DNA of 64,000 nucleotides, from positions 1-64,000 of the IMG/VR virus record IMGVR_UViG_3300046002_004036; one strand, given 5' to 3'. The stretch is from a virus. The notes beneath the pieces are model-generated. The model did not search any database. It saw only the letters and a program-made list of their open reading frames with translations, and was not told where the DNA came from. Both the position numbers and the translations under genes were made by a program. The stretch's first letter is position 1; every line of letters begins with the position of its first letter. Below are positions 46,421-56,800 of this stretch, one piece after another.

Positions 46421-46629
46421 TATCCTTCAGATGCCTCTTCTTGTGCTTCCTTAATCTTTTCTGTAAGCTTGTCTTCAACAAACTTATAAACACGATCAAA
46501 AGCCTGCTCTGTGGTTTCACCATCACGCTTATTGTCAATAACGCCAAGATCAAGTCTTAGTGATTGAAAATTTCCTAGATTAAGTGTATATCCTAATGTT
46601 ACGTTTACTTTAGTTGAATCATTTTCCAT
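46420..46629 (-). CDS. hypothetical protein
   Basis: LGYTLNLGNFQSLRLD. Confidence 0.8.
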   Translation of the reverse strand: MENDSTKVNVTLGYTLNLGNFQSLRLDLGVIDNKRDGETTEQAFDRVYKFVEDKLTEKIKEAQEEASEG

Positions 46630-46679
46630 TGTCCCACCCATTTTCTTTGTTTTAATAATTGTAGCACATAACCAAACCT

Positions 46680-47222
46680 TTAGATACTTTCACTCCATGT
46701 AGGAATAAATCTACCGTCTTCTGTCTTTGTATATGTAAGTATACCGTCTCCCATGCGCCGTGTCAATTCTTGTGTTGTTGGAGTCATGTTATTAGTTATT
46801 AATTTATCTTTTCTTGGTTGCCCAATATGAATACTTGCTAGTATTGCACGTATCTCTCTTACTTGTGATTCAGAATAGTATGCTCTGACTTGCCATCCTG
46901 TTTCCCCTCCAAATTTTGATCCTGTTGGTTTTGGTATAGTTCCTGCTTTTATTAGCCTTGGCATATATTTACGATGCCTATTGACAAGTATTGCTGTTTC
47001 TGCTATGGTATATGCTCGTTCTCTGTTCCGCCTGAAATCTGTACGTAGACAAGTTTCAAGTCTATCTTTTGTAATGTTATAAAAAGAAACCATTCCAGTA
47101 GATCTTGAGCTATGGTGAATTCTAACTAAATCATTATTTAAAAACCAAACTTTTTGATTTCCTTTTATTACAGATTCGTTATTGTATTCATCGCTCTGTA
47201 TTTTTCGTTTAGCAGTAGCCAT
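46680..47222 (-). CDS. MerR-like HTH DNA-binding protein
   Basis: YTIAETAILVNR...GTIPKP...RAYYSESQV. Confidence 0.7.
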   Translation of the reverse strand: MATAKRKIQSDEYNNESVIKGNQKVWFLNNDLVRIHHSSRSTGMVSFYNITKDRLETCLRTDFRRNRERAYTIAETAILVNRHRKYMPRLIKAGTIPKPTGSKFGGETGWQVRAYYSESQVREIRAILASIHIGQPRKDKLITNNMTPTTQELTRRMGDGILTYTKTEDGRFIPTWSESI

Positions 47223-47359
47223 CTGCCCTCCCGACTATCTTGCGGTGGATGATAAAATTTTCTTTCTCCACATCGGATACAATAAGTTTCAAGATGCATC
47301 TGAGAAGTATATTGTCTATCAAGAAACACTCTGCCTTTGCATTTATTACAGCTTATCAA
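47168..47359 (-). CDS. small zinc-ribbon protein
   Basis: CNKCKG...YCIRCG. Confidence 0.8.
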   Translation of the reverse strand: MISCNKCKGRVFLDRQYTSQMHLETYCIRCGERKFYHPPQDSREGRWLLLNEKYRAMNTITNL

Positions 47360-47552
47360 TTTTTTTATTTTCTAAAATAATTTTTTCTTTTAAGTCATCC
47401 GAGTATTCTTTTATTGTTTTTTCTTTTAATTTATTATCGTCTAGCATTTGAGTTATTTCTGCACGAAGAATTGCAATTTGTGTTTCATAATTTGATACTA
47501 ACTCACCTATACGTTGCTGTAAGGCGGTAATAATTAATTCGGCTTTTTCCAT
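47346..47552 (-). CDS. small coiled-coil protein
   Basis: heptad pattern. Confidence 0.8.
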   Translation of the reverse strand: MEKAELIITALQQRIGELVSNYETQIAILRAEITQMLDDNKLKEKTIKEYSDDLKEKIILENKKIDKL

Positions 47553-47560
47553 TTAATTTC

Positions 47561-47773
47561 CTATGCTTGTAGTGTAGCTAATTCAGATAATAGTGCTTCT
47601 TTTTTGGAAGTCTCATTATCAATCTGTTGATTTAAATTGTCTACGTTAGCCTGATTAATAGTCTCAACAGCTTGTTCTGCTATTAGACTAACATAAAGGT
47701 TATAGATATTTGATACAACAGATTTAATATGCTGTGTTACTATATTTGATTTTTCTTCATTAGTTAGTTCCAT
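47561..47773 (-). CDS. small coiled-coil protein
   Basis: ORF with RBS. Confidence 0.8.
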   Translation of the reverse strand: MELTNEEKSNIVTQHIKSVVSNIYNLYVSLIAEQAVETINQANVDNLNQQIDNETSKKEALLSELATLQA

Positions 47774-47785
47774 TTTATTTCCATT

Positions 47786-48058
47786 CTATATAAAGTCAGG
47801 GACATCTTGTACTGCGCCCCATTTTCCTAGTGGGCATTCAGCATGTGGAAGTTTTGCCTTTTGAGCCATAAAGCATCCACATTTTTTGCATTGTCCAGTA
47901 GACTTAAGAAATGACGGACATTTTTTGCATAGACTATATCTATCATTAAATGTTTCTTTATCTACGTTTTCAATTTTTGGATTTAATAGGTCCCACGGCC
48001 TTGCTGCATCCCCTGCGCTTTTTTCTTTCCAAAGTTGCCAAGCAGATTTTTCTGTCAT
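47786..48058 (-). CDS. DUF6171-like Cys-rich protein
   Basis: RYSLCKKC..QCKKCGCFM..K...CPLGKW. Confidence 0.8.
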   Translation of the reverse strand: MTEKSAWQLWKEKSAGDAARPWDLLNPKIENVDKETFNDRYSLCKKCPSFLKSTGQCKKCGCFMAQKAKLPHAECPLGKWGAVQDVPDFI

Positions 48059-48276
48059 TATAAGACCTCTGGTTCTGTAAATATTCCAGTTTCGGAATCA
48101 TATTTAGCACCTGTAGCAACTGATAATGGATCATCAATAAATCTTTGTGAAACATCTATAACAATTGGATTACTAGTAAAAATAGCAGCTAGTCTTTCAT
48201 CTGTATGCAAAACATCTGTAACTTCGCCATCTAAAATAAATGCTAACTTTATAGGTGTTTTATCTTGTTCTGTCAT
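48058..48276 (-). CDS. hypothetical protein
   Basis: AAGGAG RBS; LAFILDGEV..LAAIFTSNP. Confidence 0.85.
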   Translation of the reverse strand: MTEQDKTPIKLAFILDGEVTDVLHTDERLAAIFTSNPIVIDVSQRFIDDPLSVATGAKYDSETGIFTEPEVL

Positions 48277-48337
48277 TATTTTCTCCTTTCGCTTATCTTT
48301 TAATTATATCACAAACAACAAACACTTGACAACTAAA

Positions 48338-50908
48338 TTAATTAATTTGAAAATCATCAAATTGAGTTCCGCCACTGCCTGTTCCTGGCGGTGTTTTTAT
48401 TATTCCAAAAGCGCTCTGGCCTACAAGCGAAGATTTTGTTGGGTTTGATGCGGTATAAGATTTTGTAGTTATTGTTGAACTTCTTGCCGTATTAGAATAT
48501 AATGTTGTAGATATATTATTACCTGAAGTGGATACAGAAATTCCACCAATTGTTGATGGAGATTCTTCATTTGAAAAAATATTTTCTGTATTAACTGTAG
48601 AAACACTAGAACCATCCGCTTTTAATGTATCAAGTCTTGTATTATAAACAGTTACACTAGATGAGCTATTTGAACAATTTGTTGGTAGCGATCCTCCATA
48701 TTGTGTATTTGGTCCAACAGTACATCCATAAACTGAAGCATCATATTCTGTTGTAGAAGCAGAACTGTCATAGACTGTTGTATTTACGTATGCATCATAT
48801 ACAATAGTTGAACCTGGATAATCGTATACGGTTGTATTTGTAGAAACAGAACTGTCATAAACGGTTGTATTTACGTATGCATCATATATAATAGTTGAAC
48901 TTGTAGAGTCGTATATAGTTGTATTTACAGTTGCATCATATACAAGAAATCCATTTACGAATCTTGTTTTGCAGTTATTTCCAGCACTTCCTAGACCGTT
49001 ATTTGGGCAACTACTTGAAGTTCTTGTTTTGCAATTGCTTCCAGCACTTCCCGATCCATTGTCTGGGCAGGAGCTTGTAGTTCTTGATTTACAGTTACTA
49101 AATAAGTTTCCTGATCCATTATTTGGGCAAGTACTTGAGGTTCTTGACTTACAGTTGCTTCCAGCACTTCCCGATCCATTGTCTGGGCAAGAAGTAGAAC
49201 TCACAGTTCTTGACTTACAGTTGCTTCCAGCACTTCCCGATCCATTGTCTGGGCAAGTACCTACAGTTCTTTGTTTACAATAGCTCAATAAATTTCCTGA
49301 GCTATTGTCTGGGCAAGTACTTACAGTTCTTGTTTTGCAATTGCTTCCAGCACTTCCAGAGCTGTTATCTGGGCAACTGGTAACAATTCTTGTTTTACAG
49401 TTAGTTCCTAAGCTTCCTGTATTGTTATCTGGGCAAGTAGGAATAGTTGCAGTTGTATAATATACATATTTAGTTACAGCAGATGAAGTTTTATTAACTC
49501 TTGAAGCCCACCAAGACCCAGCATCTGTTGACCAAAATGTTAGTCCAAGGCCTTCCGAGCCAGAAGGAAAACTAGCAGAAACAACTGCATCGGTAGTTCC
49601 ATCTAAAATAACTGATTGTTGCGGATATGTAGTTGGAGTTGATCCCGAAACAGTACTTGTAATAGATGCTACAGAACCGTTAACGCTCCAAAGAGAACCG
49701 TTAGAGCTAAGGCTATATATATAGGAATTTGGACTCATAGCAGAATTAATAATTGGAGTCATTGTACCTAATCCCCCAGATACCGTTCTTGTATAATTAT
49801 CTATTACTTGACCAATTTTTGCATCAATTGATGAACTGTAGTAGTAGTAAAATGTTGTTCCATCAAGTGCAAGAACTTCGTCAATATAGTAAAAATAATA
49901 TTTTGGGGCAGTAGCATCATTTTGATTTACATTATATGGAGAAGAACCTGCATTAGATATAGATGAACTGGTTAATCCACTTGTTAGTGGGGTAGAAAAA
50001 ATTGTTCTTCCAATGTATGAAGTTTTAGATTGAAATGTTCCAGATTGATAAGTACCAGATGTTCCAGTTATTGCTGCAAATGCGTACCCAGTTCCACTAA
50101 TAGATGGGGAAGTTAATTGAGTTGGAACAGGTGAGGCATTTGTAGTAATTGTTAAAGTATTTGAATCATTACCTTGATAGCCTCTATATGTAGCATTTAT
50201 ACCAGTAATTGGAATTACTTTAAAATCATAAGATGTGCTGGATAAAAGACTAGATATTGTTGCTGTAGTTCCAGATTCTACTGAAGAAAATGAAAAAGTG
50301 GCATCTGAAGATAATTTGTAATAAACTAAATAATTAGCAGCATTTGCCGCGGCGGTAGAAGTCCAATTAATACTAACTGAGTTATATGTGTGGCTTGTTT
50401 CTACAATTGTTATATTTTCTGGCCCATATATAGTTGTATTGCCAGAAGTTGATGATGCGGAGGTGGAATAAGTTGAATTAGTAGCAGTTACAACATACCT
50501 ATATATATTAGTAGCATTTGGAGATACGTCAGTTAAATTATTTTGTAATAAATATGTATTTGTATTACTTGATCCAGAAGATGGATTAGTTGCGGATCCA
50601 GATGCTATTTGTGTCCAATTTGTTCCGCTATCTGTACTTTTATCAAATCTATATGTCATTCCAGTTGAATTAATCCAATAATAGTTTGTTCCAGTTAATG
50701 TTTTAGCATATGTTATTCCATCAGTAGATTGTGATATTGTTACCGTATTTTGAATTGATGGGGTTAAAGAAGAAGAAAATATTAATTTCCAAGATCCCGA
50801 AACTTTTAAATATGCAGAAGAAAGATTTTTCCAGACATCAGAATTTTTTAAATATACAGATGCTACATTTCTCCAGTCCCCATCACTCCCCTTTAGTTTT
50901 ATTGTCAT
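48338..50908 (-). CDS. tail fibre/receptor-binding protein (Ig/FN3 domains, lectin-like C-terminal domain with Cys-repeat insert)
   Basis: triple W-K/R N-terminal repeats, FN3, Ser/Thr-rich; in tail module. Confidence 0.85.
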   Translation of the reverse strand: MTIKLKGSDGDWRNVASVYLKNSDVWKNLSSAYLKVSGSWKLIFSSSLTPSIQNTVTISQSTDGITYAKTLTGTNYYWINSTGMTYRFDKSTDSGTNWTQIASGSATNPSSGSSNTNTYLLQNNLTDVSPNATNIYRYVVTATNSTYSTSASSTSGNTTIYGPENITIVETSHTYNSVSINWTSTAAANAANYLVYYKLSSDATFSFSSVESGTTATISSLLSSTSYDFKVIPITGINATYRGYQGNDSNTLTITTNASPVPTQLTSPSISGTGYAFAAITGTSGTYQSGTFQSKTSYIGRTIFSTPLTSGLTSSSISNAGSSPYNVNQNDATAPKYYFYYIDEVLALDGTTFYYYYSSSIDAKIGQVIDNYTRTVSGGLGTMTPIINSAMSPNSYIYSLSSNGSLWSVNGSVASITSTVSGSTPTTYPQQSVILDGTTDAVVSASFPSGSEGLGLTFWSTDAGSWWASRVNKTSSAVTKYVYYTTATIPTCPDNNTGSLGTNCKTRIVTSCPDNSSGSAGSNCKTRTVSTCPDNSSGNLLSYCKQRTVGTCPDNGSGSAGSNCKSRTVSSTSCPDNGSGSAGSNCKSRTSSTCPNNGSGNLFSNCKSRTTSSCPDNGSGSAGSNCKTRTSSSCPNNGLGSAGNNCKTRFVNGFLVYDATVNTTIYDSTSSTIIYDAYVNTTVYDSSVSTNTTVYDYPGSTIVYDAYVNTTVYDSSASTTEYDASVYGCTVGPNTQYGGSLPTNCSNSSSSVTVYNTRLDTLKADGSSVSTVNTENIFSNEESPSTIGGISVSTSGNNISTTLYSNTARSSTITTKSYTASNPTKSSLVGQSAFGIIKTPPGTGSGGTQFDDFQIN
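48722..48943 (-). repeat. 8 x ~27-nt [VI]YD repeats (return array)
   Basis: YD spacing 9,9,9,11,9,9,9 aa. Confidence 0.9.
48962..49438 (-). repeat. 8 x ~60-nt CPxNxxGxxxxxCKxR repeats (outgoing array)
   Basis: CP spacing 20,20,20,22,20,20,20 aa. Confidence 0.95.
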
Positions 50909-50917
50909 ATTATTACC

Positions 50918-53314
50918 TTAAGGGGTATACACCAATAAGACTGAGCCATTGCCTGCATCTGGAAAAGCCGTAGGATTGCTTCCAAATGCAGATGTTGTAA
51001 TAGTGTACATATTTCTTAATCCACCTGATCTATAGTCTTCAGCACTACCACTATATGATCCAGATATTTGTGCATTTTTTGCAATTTCAACTTGGCGACC
51101 TTCTTGCCCTAAAGAAAGTCTATAGATAAACGTTGATCCAGTTGCTGACTCATCACCTGCAATATCATATCTTTTAAAATCTGTATACATTAGGTATTGC
51201 GAAAGGTTATCATCATAGATTAAAAAGTCAGATCCTGTGTTACTTTGAATTGAATAGTTTCCTACTTTTATTCTTCCAGTGCCAGTTGAAATAATTCCTG
51301 CTTCATCAATAGTCCAACCATTTGTAAGGGTTCCTAGATAACCACCTCCTGCTTTTATATCTCCAGTAATCTCTGCATCTGTTGCAAATACTTTACCTGC
51401 TACTGTTACTCTAAACTTGTTTGCTGTATCATTTGGGCCTGTTCCGTTACCCGCCCAAAATACAGAATGAGTTACATCATTTCCTGGGCTATTAATGCCA
51501 GCCTTGTATGTGCTAATAGATGAATTTGAAACTGCAATGTATCCATTAGTTGAGTCTATTTCTATATTACCTTTTCCAGATATTGACGTTTTAAAAATAC
51601 TACTTGATGATACGTCCCAGCCTCCGATATTTGCAGAGGCGGTAGTTAGTTTTCCATTGCTTGCATCAATTGTTGTAATACCTGATACAGAAGATGAGTT
51701 AAATGTTAAACCTGAAGAGTTTAATATGTACCCAGCACCTGAAAGGCTGCCCGAAACTATAGTTCCTGAATATAAAGATCCTCCAGAAATTATTCCAACA
51801 TTGCCAGCAAAGTATCCACTTCTTGCAGTTATGTCTCCATCAATTGTAAATGTAGATCCATCCCAAGAAATATAGTTTGTCGTGCTTCCGCCTACTTTTA
51901 ATGATGCTGATTGTGCTGAGTCTATATACCAATAGTTATGTGTATTAAATACTAAACCTCTTTTACCAGTATCTACTCCATATCCAAATTTAAATGTTCC
52001 AGTATCGGTTCCACTTACTCCTGCTTGAAAATATCCTGTAGTTGATACATTTGTTCCTATAAACGGTGTTCCGCTAATTGCAACATTTGAGCCAGCAATG
52101 TAAGAAGTAGAATCGTTATTGTATTCATCGTATGTAGCAACTGCAAATTCATATGTTAGTCCTACTCCTAAACCAGATAACCTGTATGCCGTTCCAGTAC
52201 CTGGTGAGTCGGCATATGAGTAGGATGATACAGGACTTGTTACTGGTCTATATCTTATTCTGTATCCACGAATACCGCCAGTTGTGACGGCAGCCCAAGA
52301 AATATCTGCATAACCATTAAACCCAATTGTTCCAGTAGTATCTAATCCGCCTGTTGTTGTAACTGTTGCTACATCTGCTGGTCCTGTTGTATCTGCTACA
52401 ACTGGGTTTGTTGGAGTAATTTTGTATGCAGTTGAAAATGGTGTTGCAAGTCCCGCATCTGAATAAAACCTTGCCTTAACCCAACGTGCATTAAAGTTTG
52501 AAGTAATAATATTTGCGGGATTAACTGTTCCAAAATATGATCTAAGATAAGTAACTCCTGTTGGAGCAGTAGAACTTGTTGACTCATATTCTACAATTTC
52601 AATTGAGTTATATCGTGCTTCAGTTGGTGTGGTATAGGCAACGCTATAACCAGCATTGATTGCTGTTACAGTAATTGTTGGGGTTGGTAGGTCTAAGGTA
52701 TAGGTAGGAATAGATGCAACACACGCTGTGCTACTTTTATTATAAAATGGATCTATTGATAAAACGCAGATGGCTGTAAATACTGTTCTTTGGATTCCAA
52801 ACATTGATTCGTTTAGTGCTTTTGTTACTGTAAGGGTTTGTGCGGTTTGAGTTCTATTTACTAAAAATGATTGAAGGGGTGTTTGCTTTGTTACTCCATC
52901 TGCGGTTAGTTCAACTATAAATTCAGATACCGTTGAATTTAATGAGTCCAAATAATCCCAGTTAAAACCAATTACTAGATCATCTCCAGACCAAGATGCA
53001 GTAACACTTGATACTGCAGTTGGCGTAACTGCTCCATAACCAGTTTTATAACCTGGATTTCCATTAGATGGTGGAACATACTGTTTTTCTTTTGTTCCCG
53101 AAGGGTTTGCAGATCCTTTTACTCCTGTAGGATTAGAAGTGTTGGTTCCCCCAGAAGCTATCAGCTTTCCGTCAAAACCAACAATATCAATTTCTGCACC
53201 TTGACGTGATTTTGTTTGTGAAACTTTATTCCAAGCAACTCTAGGGTCATCAGCACTTATTGGTACCGTGGGATTTTTTGCAACGCTTTTGCCACTTTTA
53301 TATTTTGAGTTCAT
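50918..53314 (-). CDS. minor tail protein with FN3 domains
   Basis: FN3 (GLGVGLTYEFAVA), beta-rich fibre repeats. Confidence 0.8.
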   Translation of the reverse strand: MNSKYKSGKSVAKNPTVPISADDPRVAWNKVSQTKSRQGAEIDIVGFDGKLIASGGTNTSNPTGVKGSANPSGTKEKQYVPPSNGNPGYKTGYGAVTPTAVSSVTASWSGDDLVIGFNWDYLDSLNSTVSEFIVELTADGVTKQTPLQSFLVNRTQTAQTLTVTKALNESMFGIQRTVFTAICVLSIDPFYNKSSTACVASIPTYTLDLPTPTITVTAINAGYSVAYTTPTEARYNSIEIVEYESTSSTAPTGVTYLRSYFGTVNPANIITSNFNARWVKARFYSDAGLATPFSTAYKITPTNPVVADTTGPADVATVTTTGGLDTTGTIGFNGYADISWAAVTTGGIRGYRIRYRPVTSPVSSYSYADSPGTGTAYRLSGLGVGLTYEFAVATYDEYNNDSTSYIAGSNVAISGTPFIGTNVSTTGYFQAGVSGTDTGTFKFGYGVDTGKRGLVFNTHNYWYIDSAQSASLKVGGSTTNYISWDGSTFTIDGDITARSGYFAGNVGIISGGSLYSGTIVSGSLSGAGYILNSSGLTFNSSSVSGITTIDASNGKLTTASANIGGWDVSSSSIFKTSISGKGNIEIDSTNGYIAVSNSSISTYKAGINSPGNDVTHSVFWAGNGTGPNDTANKFRVTVAGKVFATDAEITGDIKAGGGYLGTLTNGWTIDEAGIISTGTGRIKVGNYSIQSNTGSDFLIYDDNLSQYLMYTDFKRYDIAGDESATGSTFIYRLSLGQEGRQVEIAKNAQISGSYSGSAEDYRSGGLRNMYTITTSAFGSNPTAFPDAGNGSVLLVYTP

Positions 53315-53326
53315 GGCTGTTCCTAA

Positions 53327-53845
53327 TTATTTTGGACCTGTTGCTTGCCAATTTAAATAAAAATATCCAGTCAAAGGATCAGGATCTTCGCTTGTGCTAG
53401 TTGCCCTTGTTACTCTAAAACTAAACTGTGAATCAGTTACGTGAAAAATATTAAAAATAATATTATGATTTGTATCGTCAAGTGCTCCAAATGATGAATG
53501 TCCAAATCGCATTGTTCCAGTTACAATAGGTTTGGCACTAAAGGCTGTTGTTCCAGATACTGCGTCTATAAAAGATATGTCTCCATAAAATATTTGATCT
53601 CCTGTGTTGCTAGATGCAGTTGTGGTATCAATTTTAGTTGTGCCATAAAGCATTTTTTGTGGTCCTGGATTATATTCATGAACTACATCATTATCGCCAT
53701 TCCAGTCTACGGTACCCGAACCCTGCACACCAAAATTATTTGTAATAGAGCTAATACTATCGCTATGCTGATTAACAACATTAATGACTTGCTGCCATGC
53801 ACCAAGGTCTATAATATTTGGATCTGATATTTTTACATAAGGCAT
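53327..53845 (-). CDS. minor tail protein
   Basis: C-terminal LNWQATGP (H-type lectin/gp53-like); tail module. Confidence 0.7.
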   Translation of the reverse strand: MPYVKISDPNIIDLGAWQQVINVVNQHSDSISSITNNFGVQGSGTVDWNGDNDVVHEYNPGPQKMLYGTTKIDTTTASSNTGDQIFYGDISFIDAVSGTTAFSAKPIVTGTMRFGHSSFGALDDTNHNIIFNIFHVTDSQFSFRVTRATSTSEDPDPLTGYFYLNWQATGPK

Positions 53846-53892
53846 TCTTGTTCTCCTATTTTATCAATTATACCATAGCAGAATGTTGTCAT

Positions 53893-56800
53893 TTATTGTA
53901 TCCTTTTAAGTCCCAGCCTTGTTTCAAGGCCTTGATTAAATGAGTGAGATACAGAATGAACAAAATATTTTTGCTGGCTTATACCATTTAGAGAATAAGT
54001 AAGAGTAATTATGTCTCCAACTTGGATTAAAGGATTACCAAATATACTAAGGTTGGCATCTTTTGAAAAACCTTCAATTCCCATTTGTACCAGCTTAAGC
54101 ATTCTTTGTGCTGCTTGCTTTGACTGTATCCATTCTGAGTCTAGTTGTGCTACTTCTGAGCTATTAGATTGATCAATCAATACCTCCAAAATTTCAGGGT
54201 CAGAAGGAGCAACAATTTCATGTGTCCAGAGATTTAAGTTAATTGTAAATTGATCAAGGTCATCTGCCTCTTTATGTAAAAATACCATGTTTGATGAATT
54301 ATTAGCAATTACCATCTTTGCTCTAAATCCTGTGTTAATTGGGGTTGAGTAAGAAAGTGAATATTCATCAATTAACTTTTTTTGATAATTAGTCTGATCT
54401 TCTTTTTCATTTCCTGGAAAATAATACCACATATATTCAACTGGTAACACATCTACTGAAACTGCTGCAGGAGTTGTATATTGAACATCGTAATAGTTAA
54501 TTCCAGCTACTTCAGGGCTTGTCTGCATTAAATAAGTAATTGAATTTGAGTATAGTGGTTGACCTTGGACTAAACCATTTAAAAATTCTCTATCTTGGTA
54601 AAAATAACTAACGCTTCTTTCTGTTAATGCTTTTTCTGTTGCATGAATTTCTCTAAGGGCGGCAGGAGAAACTCTTGTTCCCTGATCAAAATATTCAGGT
54701 TCTGGGTGTAGATCTGGAACCATTGTAGGATACATTGATGCATGAAAGCCAAACTTAGTTCCTGTTTGAATGTCATCATCAAAGTATGGTTTTTGTCTCA
54801 TACCAGTTAAACCATTTACTTCAGTTGATTTCCAGCCAGAACCTCCAGGATTTGTTGTTACATCATAATCATCTGTTTTAGATTCTTGCCATCCAACTAT
54901 TTCTACGTTGTTTAAAAATATTGATAAAATTATTTTGTTGTTTCCTACGGTACCGCTTTCTCCATCTGAACCATCTGAAGAAGTTATTGCAACTTTTAAA
55001 TTAAATGGGTTATCTGTTACATAAGAGTATTCATATTCTTTACCAACCAAAGTTTTTTTAATTATCTTTGAAAAATTATTTACGATACTGTTACACTCTC
55101 CAGTAACCTCTGACCAAAACATTACACCAGTTGTTACATTTTTTGCTAATAATACATACTTGTATTTTGGTGGATCGTAAAGATCTCCTGGTGATTTTGG
55201 ATTTTCTTGGTTATACCTTACAAGCTCAATAAAATAAGCTTCTGCAGAAGATGTTGTACTTGCCATGTTAAAGAATAGACCAGCAGAAGCCACAGACTGA
55301 TCTGGCATATCAAACTTTACAGAATAGGTGTGATAACCTATATCTGTTTCAGTTGTTGGATATATGAGAAGTTTATTATTTATACCAATATCATATATGG
55401 TTTCACTAACGTTTATTTTTGAAATGCTTGGCAAAGTACTTTCATTATCATTGTCATCTATTATTGATGTATATCCTGAAGATGTTGCTAATGCAAGGGT
55501 TGAATCATTAAATCGTTTTTCAGAAAGACTCTTGCTGGCTAAAGTAGTAATTCTTGTATGTGCTGCTGGCACTGTTCCATATAGTCCACGCTGAACATTT
55601 GTAATATTTCCAGTAGGAGTTACTATAACTTCATAGTCAAACGGAACTGTTGCCTCTCCGCCAGAGACATAAGTGCCTGCTGCTGGATCAATAATTGAAA
55701 AAGAAGTATTTGTTCTGCTAGAAATAATTCCATTTATGTTATATGTTTTAGGATTAACTGCAGTGACAATCACTTTTTGTCCTACCTTAAAAGTATTTGC
55801 TGCCGTATAAACTACTGCGCTTCCGCTTCTAGCAACATTTGTAACAGTTGCATAAGAAGTTTTTAGCCCAACATTATTTTGTTTAATAAAATTGTTTATT
55901 TCCGATTGAAGTTCCGTATCATTTTTTATTGAAACTGTAATTGGACTTTCTCCAAACTTTCCAATCTCATATTCTTTATAAAGAAATGAAACAATTTCAT
56001 TTTCAATAAAAGCATAACCACTTGCATCACGATTAAAAGTATGAAAAATGTCTTGAAGATCATTAACATTTATGTTAAACATATTTGAATTTTTTTCCAT
56101 GTTGCTATTTATATAGTTAAACCCAACAGAGTCTATGCTTTGTTGCTGCCATACAACATCATTAGATGTTGCATAAACAAAAGATGGAGAATTTTTAACC
56201 ATTGGGTTTGTAACATTTTGTAAAGAAGGAGATTGTTTAACTTTAGGAATTTGATATCTTAAAGAAATTTTTCCTGGCTTTGCTTTATTAGAGATAGAAA
56301 ATCCACCTTGTTTAATGTTAAAGTCTGAGACTGTTAGATTAGATGTGCTTGAAGATAAAATATTATGCAAACTTAAAAATTTCATAATTCCATATTCATC
56401 AATATATGCTCCAATTTGATAAGCAACAAATATCTTATTAAGTGTGTCTACAATAGTTGAGTCTTTTGAGTTGCAGTAAAAGTATGCTAGATCCATTGGA
56501 TTAGCTTTATTGTTACAAACGTTGTAAAGAGAGTCATAGTCGTAATCTGTAAAACCAGCCAAATCAAGAATATTAGTGATTACATCAAATACGTTTTTTA
56601 AGTTAACTACATAATCAGGAACTGGGGTTGATTGGAGATATCTTGAGATATCAAAAGACTGAATAGAAACTGTATCTATATCTGATTCATCCCAAGAGTC
56701 TGAATAAAATACCCCTGCTGGAACATAGGCTGTTGTAGATGTTACGGTATTTGTAGATAAATCAGAGTACTCAAAAAGATTAAAATTAACATAAAACTTA

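Noticed and set aside
48969-49283. Repetitive + strand ORF (LQLLPALPDPLSGQ)
   Set aside because: Reverse-complement reading of the Cys repeats.
48722-49438. Tandem DNA repeats as a CRISPR array or DGR template/variable repeat
   Set aside because: They are in-frame coding repeats with no unique spacers, no adenine-specific variation seen, and no reverse transcriptase in the window.
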